From: Macrostomum lignano
Lineage: Eukaryota
Length of the DNA stretch: 50,297 nt
Reading direction: 5' to 3'
Assembly (NCBI GenBank): GCA_002269645.1
Contig: NIVC01003455.1
Coordinates: 1-50,297 of the forward strand
The notes beneath the pieces are model-generated. The model was not told the origin of the DNA, did not search any database, and was given only the letters and a program-made list of their open reading frames with translations. Below are positions 35,952-47,344 of the stretch, one piece after another. The translations under genes were made by a program, and so were the position numbers. The stretch's first letter is position 1. Every line of letters starts with the position of its first letter.

Positions 35952-36992
35952 ATGGTGAAACTATTCGTCGGCAATATCAACGATCCCCGGTCGGACATGG
36001 AAGACCGGCTTCGATCGGCATTCGCAGCCTACGGCCTGGTGACTGAGTGCAGTTTAATGCGCGACTACGCCTTCGTGCACATGGACTCGGAGCTGGCCGC
36101 TAGAGAGGCTGTCAGGCGGCTGCACGGCTCCCTAATTGGCAATTGCCGCGTGAATGTGGAATTCAGCCGCAGCTCCGGCGATAGAAGAGGAGGCAGCGCC
36201 GCCTCAGGCGGGAGGCGGGGCGGCGGCGGCGGTGGCAGCAGCGCGTCCTCGGCCGCTCTGGTGGCTTCCATGCAGCAGCGTCAGCAACAGCAGCAGCAGC
36301 AACAGCAAATGCCGCAGCAGTCGCACCTGACTCACCTGCCGCCGCCGATAGCTTTCGACTCTTCCGGCGGAGGCGGAGGCGGAGGCGGTGGGATCGGCAA
36401 TTTCTTTGTTGGCAACGGCCTGGGCCCGGTCACTTATCAGCAAATGCAGCAGAACCAGCAATATCAGCAGTATTATAACTATTATAATGGCAATAATAGT
36501 AATGTTATTATTAGTAGTAGCGGTGGTACTATTACTACTAATAATGCTACTAATGGGATTCTTGGCGGCAGCAGCGGCGGTTTCAATTCAGCCAGCGTGC
36601 CGCCATTGGGTGGTATTGGCTTAGGCATCGGGGGCTTGGATCTGCAGCCCCAGCAGCAGCCCATTGTGTCCAACAGCTTCGGCCTATCGCCATTCCCTAC
36701 CGGCCAGCAGCCTCAACAATCCACCAATATGTTGTCTAGCAGACCCACTACTACAGCTGCTACTAACGGTAGTAACAATAGTAGCTCAGTAAATGCCAAC
36801 AGTCACAATACCAGTCTGAGGTTTGTCGGCGTCTCGGCGACCGCCGCACCCGGCGGACCCGTGGTGCTGACGCCGACTACTACAACGGCAAACCGGCAAT
36901 TTCCCGGAGCTGCAGTCAGCGGCGGCGGCGGGAGCATCACTGCCGAACGAGATGTTCGCCGATACCATCCCTATGTTGATGGGCCGAGATAA
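35952..36992 (+). CDS. RBM4/lark-like RNA-binding protein: one N-terminal RRM plus Q/N/G-rich tail; single coding exon
   Basis: MVKLFVGNI...FAAYGLVTECSLMRDYAFVHM..AAREAVRRLHG...VNVEFS closely follows the RBM4 N-terminus (MVKLFIGNL...YGFVHI). Acceptor CTCTCAG ends at 35927. C-terminal RRYHPY. Confidence 0.85.
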   Translation: MVKLFVGNINDPRSDMEDRLRSAFAAYGLVTECSLMRDYAFVHMDSELAAREAVRRLHGSLIGNCRVNVEFSRSSGDRRGGSAASGGRRGGGGGGSSASSAALVASMQQRQQQQQQQQQMPQQSHLTHLPPPIAFDSSGGGGGGGGGIGNFFVGNGLGPVTYQQMQQNQQYQQYYNYYNGNNSNVIISSSGGTITTNNATNGILGGSSGGFNSASVPPLGGIGLGIGGLDLQPQQQPIVSNSFGLSPFPTGQQPQQSTNMLSSRPTTTAATNGSNNSSSVNANSHNTSLRFVGVSATAAPGGPVVLTPTTTTANRQFPGAAVSGGGGSITAERDVRRYHPYVDGPR

Positions 36993-37364
36993 TCCTGTCG
37001 GGCAGCTGATGCTCTTGGTTCAATTGTGATTGATTGATTTATTACCAGTGCATGCCTGGCGTTTATGAAATGTATTTTTTTTATAAATCCTATTTGGCTC
37101 TTTCACTGCTGCCAGCGGGTAATTGTTGTTTGACGAGACCGAGGGGCTTGTGGGTCTTTTTTTAATCTGCATTTTCTAAGACTAGCAAAACTCTTTGTTG
37201 AATTGTTGACTATTTTGTTGAATGTGCGTTTATTTCTACAGTTATGGATTAACAATTCGACTCAAAATCGTATTAGATTTACGCAGAAGGAGCCTGTTTC
37301 ATAACTGAATTCTCTGAGAAGATTGTGAAAAGTGTTGAATTCAGCACTTACCTCAAAGTGTACT

Positions 37365-37655
37365 CAGTTGCTGAGGCAGCCTCCCAGATCCTCAGTTGTG
37401 GACCAGCCTCCCAGATCCTCAGTTGCTGGGCCAGCCTTCCAGATCCTCAGTTGCATGCTGGGCCAGCCTCCCAGATCCTCAGTTGTGGACCAGCCTCCCA
37501 GATCCTCAGTTGCATGCTGGGCCAGCCTCCCAGATCCTCAGTTGTGGACCAGCCTCCCAGATCCTCAGTTGCTGGACCAGCCTCCCAGATCCTCAGTTGC
37601 TGGGCCAGTCTCCCAGATCCTCATTTGCTAAGCCAGCCTCCCAGATCCTCAGCTT
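37365..37655 (+). repeat. Third array of the 28-bp CCTCCCAGATCCTCAGTTGCTGGGCCAG minisatellite
   Basis: Same unit as 25860-26870, with GTGGACCAG and GCATGCTGG variants. Confidence 0.93.
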
Positions 37656-38364
37656 CAGGGCCACTGTCTCGCGTCACAACTAAAGCATCAATGGCTGCTG
37701 TATGAAACGGCCTCCTTACTAGCAGAATGAAATTAATCAATCATAAACTGATCAATATAGCATACAATGCGACGATCTGTGATGAACAAAAGCTACAATA
37801 GCACTGCCAGTGTACACACGAACACACTCTCTCCCTGACTCTGCCCATTTTTCTTTGTTAGCCTGCGTGTTTGATAGCGTCCAATGAATGAACCTGCTAA
37901 CCCTTAACCCCTCTCGCTTCTGTCAGCTCTGAGACGGGAATTTAATAGTACTTGACTTGCTTATGTACTATCATAATTATGCAGACATGTTGCTTCTTCT
38001 GTCTGCTGTCTACTGACTGTCTTTTCTGTTTTTTTTCTTAAGCTCTGCTTGTCAGATTTGCTTGCGTATGAGTAACAAAAATGAATTGCAAAATGGATTT
38101 TATTTCAGCTGCAGTGCTGCAATAGACTTGAGTGGCTTTAGTTTGCTTGGCATTACGAGCCTATTGTTCAATTAGAACAATGAACGTTTAGCGTGCTAAA
38201 CCGCTATAACTACTTCGTAGGCGTCTGTCTGTTGAGTTTTGCGCTATTGTTTTGAATTTGTTTTATAAATTGTATAAATCTCTTTCTACGCGCCACCTGA
38301 GCTAACCCAGTATATCTTCGATACAGCTCCTAGCAACTCTTTGTCGCTGCTTTGTTTTCCTCTG

Positions 38365-39310
38365 TCTTCCTTGACTCTCCTTTGTCTCTCTTTATTCCCC
38401 TCTCTTCATCCCTCTCTCTATATTCCCCTCTCTTCCTTCCTCTCTTTATATTCCCCTCCCTTCCTCTCTCTATATTCCCCTCTCTTCCTTTCTCTCTCTT
38501 TATTCCTCTCTCCTCATTCCTCTCTCTTTATTCCCCTCTCCTCATTCCTCTCTCTTTATTCCCCTCTCCTCATTCCTCTCTCTTTATTCCCCTCTCTTCA
38601 TTCCTCTCCCTTCCCCTCTCTTCATTCCTCTCCCTTTATTCCCCTCTCTTCATTCCCCTCTTTCCCTTCCCCCTCTCCCTTCCCCTCCCTTCCCCTCTCC
38701 CTTTCCCTCTCTTCATTCCCCTCCCTTCCCCTCTCTTCATTCCCCTCTTTCCCTTTCCTTCTCCCTCTCTCTTCATTACCCTCTCTTCATTCCTCTCTCT
38801 TTATTCCCCTCTCCTCATTACTCTTTCTTTATTCCCCTCTCCTCATTCCTCTCTCTTTATTCCCCTCTCTTCATTCCTCTCCCTTCCCCTCTCTTCATTC
38901 CTCTCCCTTTATTCCCCTCTCTTCATTCCCCTCTTTCCCTTCCCCCTCTCCCTTCCCCTCCCTTCCCCTCTCCCTTTCCCTCTCTTCATTCCCCTCCCTT
39001 CCCCTCTCTTCATTCCCCTCTTTCCCTTTCCTTCTCCCTCTCTCTTCATTACCCTCTCTGCATTCATTCCCCTCTCTCCTCTACCCTCTGCATTCCCCTC
39101 TCTTCATTAATTCCCATTTCTCCTTTCACATCTCTCCCTTCTTATCTCTCCCTTCCTCCCTCTCTCCTTTTCTTTATTACCCTCTCTTCATTACCCTCAC
39201 TTCATTCATTCCCCCTCTCTCTTCCCCTCTCTGCATTTCCCTCTCTGCCTTTCTCTTCATTACCTTCTCTCCCGTCACTTTCTCCCCTCATCTTTTTATT
39301 ATCCTCCATT
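38365..39310. repeat. CT-rich low-complexity array with an internal larger duplication
   Basis: TTCATTCCCCTCTCT variants. Confidence 0.93.
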
Positions 39311-40544
39311 TGTTTCCAGATTTGCCTTTCCTCTGTACAGCAGGCGTCAAAATCATCCCTAGCAACTAGAGTTCCTCTGCACTTCTCCTAGCAACCAACA
39401 ACCAACACTATCTATATCTAATATTTATCGTCATCATTCTTTGCTCCCCGCCAGCAATTATTTTCAAAATAGATAAAAATCCGCTTCCTAAAGGTAGTTC
39501 CGCTTTTTAATATTAATTATTTTTTTAAACTTTAGTTTTATTGCCCATCAATGCTTGAACTGTCCACTGTAGGTTCGCTCTGTAGTTTGGAAACCACCTC
39601 TCTATTTTGTTTTGCTTTGTAGCCTACTAAAAGTAAATACTTGGAGTTCTTTAACTAATATTTCCATTACGTTCTCTCTGGCGCGTCTCCCCCCCCTCAA
39701 TCGCGTTCGCTATTCTCGTCCTAGCCTAATGCGATGTTTTTTGCCTCAGTCTTGTGAATTGTTATTTATTCTTCGAGTCTTGCGTTGCTCTCCTACTTGC
39801 AGTAGTGCGTGTGCGTGTGCGTAGCCGCAGTGTAATAACCGGTCTAATTATTATATAGAATTTAGACATCTCGCCGCGATTGTCATACTTACTAATGCGC
39901 TCGATTTGAAAATGCTTGTCCTATTATATTGGGACTGTCTGGCCGTGTGTTAGCCGTAGCAACTTATATTCAGCTCCTTTATATTACTTAATGCGTCACC
40001 ATGGAAACTGTCCTGCGTTCCCCAGTTCTATTAATATAATTTTTCTAATATCAGGTAGGTTATAGTTTTTCTACAACTGTCCCACCCCCTCGGCCCTTCG
40101 CCCAGCTGTGTCATTCATTCACGCGTCTCATCTCATATTTTCACATCGCGTTGCATTACTCTGCTGTTTTGTCTCCCTTTGATTGGTTGGGTGTGTGTGT
40201 TTGTTTTTCTCTGCTGATCTTCTCTCTTCACAGTTTCTTGAGCTTGTCTGTCTTCAAGACATGTTTTCTATAGTATGTGTACATTTTTAATTATTATTGT
40301 TACTATTATTATTCTTATAAAATAAAACCTGCATCACTGAGAGAGTAGTGCGTTTCGTTTTTAGCAACCGACGAAAAATACCCGATTCGTGTGAGAAGAG
40401 AGATTTAATTGTATAATAACAACCACAGCACCGAAGGATGAAAATAAAACTGAAAAGAATTCAATGCATAAATTAATTGCTTTCTGCTTCAATACTGCGT
40501 TGCTTTAACTCATTGTTTTTTATTTAGTTGTTGCCTAGCTGAGC

Positions 40545-41275
40545 CTGTCCTGACATGTCCTATCCTGTCCTGTCATGTCCTGTCCTATGTCCTGTCCTAT
40601 AATGTCCTGTCCTATGTCCTGTCCTATCCTGTCCTGTCATGTCCTGCCCTGTCCTGTCATGTCCTGTCCTGTCATGTCCTGCCCTGTCCTGTCATGTCCT
40701 ATCATGTCCTGTCCTATCCTGTCCTGTCATGTCCTATCATGTCCTGTCATGTCCTGCCCTGTCCTGTCATGTCCTATCATGTCCTGTCCTATCCTGTTCT
40801 GTCATGTCTTATCATGTCCTGTCATGTCCTGCCCTGTCCTGTCATGTCCTATCCTGTCCTGTCATGTCCTATCATGTCCTGTCATGTCCTGCCCTGTCCT
40901 GTCATGTCCTATCCTGTCCTGTCATGTCCTGCCCTGTCCTGTCATGTCCTGTCATGTCCTGTCCTATCCTGTCCTGTCCTATGATGTCCTGTCCTGATGT
41001 CCTGTCCTATGATGTCCTGTCATATCCTGTCCTGTCATGTCCTGTCCTGTCCTGTCCTGTCATGTCCTGTCCTATGTCCTGTCCTATAATGTCCTGTCAT
41101 GTCCTATCATGTCCTGTCCTGTCCTGTCCTGTCATGTCCTATCATGTCATGTCCTGTCCTGTCCTGTCCTGTCATGTCCTATCATGTCCTGTCATGTCCT
41201 GTCCTATCCTGTCCTGTCATGTCCTGTCCTGTCCTGTCCTATCATGTCCTGTCCTGTCATGTCCTGCCCTGCCCC
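40545..41275. repeat. (TGTCC/TGTCA/TATCC)n pentanucleotide array
   Basis: Direct inspection. Confidence 0.97.
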
Positions 41276-41375
41276 ATCATTTTCTGCTTAATCATGTCCT
41301 GCCCTCCATTGTCGGCCATTTCAAAGGCAATAGTAATCCCTTAGCTTTATGTAAATCAGCAAGTTAGTCACCCAG

Positions 41376-42069
41376 CCGCCAATGCTCAACCTGCAGCGCA
41401 CCTGAGCCCAGCCAGCCCGCCCGCATGCTCTCGGACATTCCCGACCCGGTTGAGGTCGAGGAGATTCTCTCCAGATCGCGCGGCATCCCAGAATCGTTGC
41501 AAATCCTGCACGGCTTCCCAACTGACGACGTCTCCGTGCTGCAGATCTCGCGGCCATGTCGCACCGAGCGCGCCTCGCAGCCGGACAAACAGCCAACGGT
41601 GCCCTGCCTCACCAACATGTGCATCGCAGCTTATGCTAGAAATTTCACCGTACTGCATCGAGTCTACGAAAAGTGCAACAAACGGCACCATCTGGTGTCG
41701 CCTATTGACGGCTGCGGACAGCCTATAGTTGAGCAGGAATACGAGATTGATATGCCGAAAGAGCTGTCTAGCAGTCAGCAACTGCAGTTGAAACGTCAGC
41801 AGCAGCAGCAGCAGCAGTCTGCTCCTCGTCAGCGAGGAAGCTGGGGTCTCAGCATCAACGATTTGCGAGGAGCACCCGACGATCCATTGGTTACTAATAC
41901 TTTTACACCTGTCAGGCCTGAGGATTTGGATAGGCAGAATGCCTCTAGCAGGCAGGCCGCTAGGAAAGAAGCTTTATTCCCGTTGTACATTCATCAGGAG
42001 GTTGACCGGATTGTGGAACTGAGAGAGTCGGCGCCGCAACCCCAGGAGCTGTTTGGAAGGCGGCTGTTG
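41376..42069 (+). CDS. DOCK6/7/8 (DOCK-C)-type Rac/Cdc42 GEF, first recognisable exon
   Basis: DPVEVEE...FPTDDVSV...RPCRT...LFPLY...FGRRLL matches the DOCK-C N-terminus. Donor TTG|GTAAGG at 42070. Acceptor at 41375 or 41396 is ambiguous; upstream start exon not located. Confidence 0.82.
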
Positions 42070-42074
42070 GTAAG

Positions 42075-42830
42075 GAGTTTGGGATTTTTGGTTGCAGGAG
42101 TTTGGGATTTTTGGTTTTAGGAGTTTGGGATTTTTGGTATTATGGATTTGAGATTTTCGGTTTAGGGATTAGGGATTTTTTGTTTTATGGATTTTGAGAT
42201 TCTCGGTTTTAGAGATTTGGGATTTCTGGTTTTATGGATTTGGGATTTTTGGTTTTAGGGATTTGGAATTTTTTGTTTTTGTGATTTGTGATTTTTGGTA
42301 TTAGAGATTAGAGATTTATGATTTTAAATATTTCAAATTTATGATTTTAGAGATTTAGGATTTAGGGTTTTTAGGGTTTTGGGAGTTTTGGTTTTAGGGA
42401 TTTTGAGAGTTTTTGATTTTAGGGATTTGGGATTTTAGGTTTTTGTGATTTGGGATTTTCGGTATTAGGGATTTGAGATTTTCGGTTTTAAGGATTTTGG
42501 ATTTATGGTTTTAAAGATTTCAATTTTATGGTTTTAGAGATTTGAGATTTATGTTTTTAGGGTTTTGGGAGTTTTGGTTTTAGGGATTTTGAGAGTTTTT
42601 GATTTTAGGGATTTGGGATTTTAGGTTTTTGTGATTTGGGATTTTCGGTATTAGGGATTTGAGATTTTCGGTTTTAAGGATTTTGGATTTATGGTTTTAA
42701 AGATTTCAATTTTATGGTTTTAGAGATTTGAGATTTATGGTTTTAGGGTTTTGGGAGTTTTGTGTTAAAGATTTATTTTCGGGACTTTTCTGCGTTAGGG
42801 ATAGGATTAGAGATCTGGGATTTTAGATTG
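42075..42830. repeat. Degenerate G/T-rich ~19-bp repeat with 186-bp higher-order duplication, DOCK intron
   Basis: GGGATTTTTGGTTTTA variants; GGGAGTTTTG anchors at 42381, 42567, 42753. Confidence 0.88.
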
Positions 42831-42887
42831 TTTGAAAATTCATTTTGTCATTTATTTAAAATCACCCATATTATCCCTCTCGCACAG

Positions 42888-43252
42888 GTGAGGTGCAGCC
42901 ACTTCAAGCTCATCGAAGAGGAAATCGACCCGATATTCGCCACAATGGCGCTCTACGACTTGTCCGCCCGTAAGAAAGTGTCGGAAAATTTTCATTTCGA
43001 CACCAATTCGGAGGAGTTAAAAGGCCTATTGAGCGGCCATATCAAGCTGCAAGATCCCTGCTCTTTATCCAAAGCTTGCGTGCTCAACTTGAGCGTCGCT
43101 TCACCAGATCTATTTTTGGTCATCCGCCTGGAGAAGGTGCTGCAACAGGGCGATATTAACGACGTATTTGATGGCTATCTGAGGGCCAGCGATCCCAGGC
43201 AAAGGGAGAAATTGCGGGCTGCTGCTGCTAGAGATTGCCAGCGCTTGGGCAG
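42888..43252 (+). CDS. DOCK-C GEF, exon
   Basis: IDPIFATMALYDLSARKKVSENFHFD...LFLVIRLEKVLQQGDI, near-identical to the DOCK7 motif IEPIFASLALYD..KKISENFYFD...FLVIKLEKVLQQGDI. Phase 0-2. Confidence 0.95.
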
Positions 43253-43480
43253 GTGAGATTTTCAAATTGTCACTCTCTTATCTATAGTGAGATTTTCAAA
43301 TTGTCACTCTCTTTTTTGGAGTGAGGTTTTCAAATTGTCACTCCTTTTTTGGAGTGAGATTTTCAAATTGTCACTCTCTTTTTTGGAGTGAGGTTTTCAA
43401 ATTGTCACTCTCTTTTTTGGACTGAGGTTTTCAAATTGTCACTCTCTTATGTGGAGTGAGATTTTCAAATTGTCACTCTC
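43253..43480 (+). repeat. 34-bp repeat, 7 copies, forming almost an entire DOCK intron
   Basis: GTGAGATTTTCAAATTGTCACTCTCTTTTTTGGA; the first unit starts at the donor GT. Confidence 0.93.
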
Positions 43481-43495
43481 GCACCATTTCTCAAG

Positions 43496-44072
43496 GTACC
43501 GAATGCCCCTGGCCTGGACTGCCGTAGATCTAGTCCAGTGCATCCTAGATTCCGAACGGGAATCGAGTCCAGGACCTGCCAGTCTAGGCAGCGGAGGCAA
43601 CGATTATTTGGCAGCCAGTGCAGCCACTGCCCCAGCTTCCTCAGCTGCCGCTTCATCAGTTGCTAACCAGTCATCTAGCGCCAGCTCTGTCGGCGGCGGC
43701 GGCGGCGGTGGCAGCTTCGGTGCCGGCAGCGGCGGTGGGGGACTTCGCAACCGTCGGGCGGCCAACATGGTGGACGATTTCCTTCGCCGCGGCAGCAGTC
43801 AGGAGAACTCGAAACGAGCCAGCATCACCAGCGACGATCTGGACCGGGCGTTTGACAATTTGAAGTGCATCAGTTTGACGGTGAAAAGTTTCTTTAAACA
43901 GGAGCAGGACAAGATCAGCGAAGAGGATCTATTCAAGTATCTAAACGATTTGCGTCGGCCGTCTAGTGTGCTCAAAAAGTTGAAGAATATTGGCGGCAAA
44001 ATGGTGCTCAACTTGCAGACCTGCCCGTACGATTTGGATTTGAAGTGCGCTCTGACGCCAGAACTGCTCAAG
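43496..44072 (+). CDS. DOCK-C GEF, exon
   Basis: RYRMPLAWTAV...FFKQEQDKISEEDLFKYLNDLRRPSSVLKKLK...LTPELL. Phase 2-0 junctions fit the neighbouring exons. Confidence 0.93.
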
Positions 44073-44109
44073 GTTGGTGCAGGTAGCTTGTAACTGTTTT
44101 TGGTCTTGC

Positions 44110-45205
44110 TTATGACCTGTAGATGAGACCGTTATGACCTACAGATTAGAGAGGGTTGTGACCTGTAGATCATACAAGATTATGGCCTGTAGATCATACG
44201 AGATTATGACCTGTAGATCAAACAAGATTATGGCCTGTAGATCATACTAGATTATGGCCTGTAGATCATACTAGATTATGACCTGTATATAATACAAGAT
44301 TGTGACCTGTAGATAAATCAAGATTGTGACCTGTAGATCATACGAGATTATGGCCTGTAGATCAAACAAGATTATGGCCTGTAGATCATACAAGATTGTG
44401 ACCTGTAGATCATACGAGATTATGGCCTGTAGATCAAACAAGATTATGGCCTGTAGATCATACAAGATTGTGACCTGTAGATCAAACAAGATTATGGCCT
44501 GTAGATCATACTAGATTATGACCTGTATATAATACAAGATTGTGACCTGTAGATAAATCAAGATTGTGACCTGTAGATCATACGAGATTATGGCCTGTAG
44601 ATCAAACAAGATTATGGCCTGTAGATCATACAAGATTGTGACCTGTAGATCATACAAGATTATGGCCTGTAGATCATACGAGATTATGACCTGTAGATCA
44701 TACAAGATTATGGCCTGTAGATCCTACAAGATTATGGCCTGTAGATCATACGAGATTATGACCTGTAGATCATACAAGATTATGACCTGTAGTTCATACA
44801 AGATTGTGACCTGTAGTTCATACAAGATTGTGACCTGTAGTGCATACAAGATTATGACTTGTAGATCTTACTAGATTATGACCTGTAGATCAGAGAGGGT
44901 TATGACCTGTAGATCAGAGAGGTTATGACCTGTAGATCAGAGAGGGTTATGACCTGTAGATCAGAGAGGGTTATGACCTGTAGATCAGAGATGGTTATGA
45001 TCTGTAGATCAGAGGGTTATGACCTGTAGATCAGAGAGGGTTATGACCTGTAGATCAGAGAGGGTTATGACCTGTAGATCAGAGAGGGTTATGACCTGTA
45101 GATCAGAGAGAGGGTTATGACCTGTAGATCAGAGAGAGGGTTATGACCTGTAGATCAGAGAGGGTTATGATCTGTAGATCAAAGAGAGGGTTATGACCTG
45201 TAGAT
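44110..45205. repeat. 24-bp (ATTATGGCCTGTAGATCATACAAG) grading into 22-bp (AGAGGGTTATGACCTGTAGATC) minisatellite, DOCK intron
   Basis: Shared core ACCTGTAGATC. Confidence 0.95.
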
Positions 45206-45270
45206 AATAGAGACTACCCGATGACAAGCCATACTATAAATCATAAACAATCATCCCACCCCTTGCCCAG

Positions 45271-47307
45271 GTGCATCCATTCTGCGATCTGAAGTCCGCT
45301 CCAATTCGAGAACTGGCCGAGTTCCCAGCTCAGCCGCTGTACCAGCCGCACTCATTCTACCGCAACCTGTTATACGTGCACCCTAAAAGCATCAATTTCA
45401 GTAGCAAGCAAGGCTCCGCACGAAATGTTGCACTAAAAACCGAACTAGTACACTTTGACGGGCAGAGAGCAGTTGCTCAGAGATTAATCTACGGCAAATC
45501 CAGCTGTCCAGCCTTTGTCACCAGCCAGTTCAGTCCGGTATTGTATCACAATAAATCGCCAGACTTCTACGATGAAATTAAAATTGAATTGCCAGGCGAT
45601 CTTAGCTCCGGTCACTATCTGCTGTTCTCATTCTTTCATATTAGCTGCCAGCAGAGAAAAGGTGGTGAGGACAATGGTCAGTTGGAGACGCCTCTTGGCT
45701 ACTCTTGGCTGCCATTGTACCGGTCTGGGGTGCTCAGCCTTGGCAACTACAGTCTGATGGTCAGCGCCGATGAGCCTAGCACCTCAATGTGCAGCATTGT
45801 ACCCGAACTAGGCGAAGTAGCCGACAAATGTCCGTCTGATAGGCCTCGCTGGGTTGACAGTCACCGGGAGCTATTCCGGGTCACCGTGTCGTCATTGAGC
45901 ACAGTGCACACTATCGATACTCATCTTAATCTGTTCTTTAAAGCTTGCGTCTGCGCCCAGCTGGGCCAGCCGTGCTCTACGGAAGCTCTGCAAGACGCTA
46001 TCAACGGTTTAATGCTAGCCGATATGGAACAGCTGGTGCAGCTATTGCATATAGTTATTGATAGATTGATGCAACTGGTGCTGCATCCAGCCCAGGTGCC
46101 ATCCGACCGGCCCAGCCAGATTCCCTTTGCCGGTCTGGCCCGTCTTATTGGCCGTATAGTTCAAACCTTCCCCGAGCGATCCGATATTCACGGCCGCAAC
46201 TCGCTACTAACAGGCTATATTAAGTATGCCGGCACTCTTGGCCAACAGGGCGGCTTATTGAAATTAGTTCACGAAGAACTTGTACTGCAGATTATCTTAG
46301 CCGAGCCGACTGTCCGAGCTTCTGTCGCTGAGAATGCCTGGTTCTTTCTCGAAACTCTAATTAGAGCTATGCACGACTACTTAGCTGTGGAGCCGCACCT
46401 GTCGTTGCCTAGGCAACGGAGATTCTCTCAACAATTTGTAGCCGATGTCGGCACTTTAGTCACGCTATTAACCAGATCCGTACTGGTAGCCGACCGAACC
46501 GCTATCCGTCTCAATCGGGCTCTAGCCTTCTTTCTCTGCGACTTATTCAGCGTGATGGACCGTCTGGCCGTGCTGCAGCTTGTCCAGCAATATTTCCGGG
46601 CCGTCAATGCTTGCCTGGAGGCTGCTCCAACTGGCACTAATCACGGAAAACTGTCCGCCTGTAAAATTGATTTCCTACGCATTATAACTTCGCACGAGCA
46701 CTATGTGCCATTGAATATTCCGTTGATGGAGCCGGAGATTGCCAGTGAGCTGTCCGATCAGTATAGGCGCAGTCACTACCTGTCCGGTTTGGTGCTGTCC
46801 GAATTGAAAATTGCACTACGCTGCGGCGGTCCAGACTTGCAAAGCAAAGCCGTCTGCCTGTTGTGGAATCTGCTAGCCAGTCACGAAGCCGACTCGCGCT
46901 ATCCGGCCTCTCTACCGGCTATTCGCGGCCGTGTGGCCCAGCTGTATTTGCCGCTATTAAAAATTGCCGAAGGTGTCATACATTTGATTGGCATTGGAAT
47001 TGGCGGATTCGCCACTCACGGAGGCGGCGTTAGCGCCAACGGCGGTCTGGCCGGGATCAGCGATTTGGCTACTCCGGCCACGCCAGCTGACGATATTGGC
47101 CGGTTCGGCTTTCCGGAGCCTTCTACTGAGAAGCAGCAATTGCTTCAGGCGCCAAAGCCAAAGCAGCGACCGCTATCGGATGATACCAGCAGGCACCTTC
47201 TGCTCTGTTGTCTTTGGCTGGTTAAGAATCTGGATAGGCGCGTTGCTGCGACGTTTCTGCGGTCTCTGTCTGTGCATCGAGTGCAGCGGCTCCTGCATCT
47301 GCTCATG
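45271..47307 (+). CDS. DOCK-C GEF, large exon with DHR-1 (C2-DOCK) domain
   Basis: YRNLLYVHPKSINF..KQGSARNV...YHNKSPDFYDEIKIELP..L..GHYLLFSFFHISCQ...ETPLGYSWLPL is DHR-1. ATG|GTGAAG donor at 47308, phase 0. Confidence 0.95.
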
Positions 47308-47344
47308 GTGAAGGCTCTTTCGCTGCTACCTTCTGGGCGTCTTC

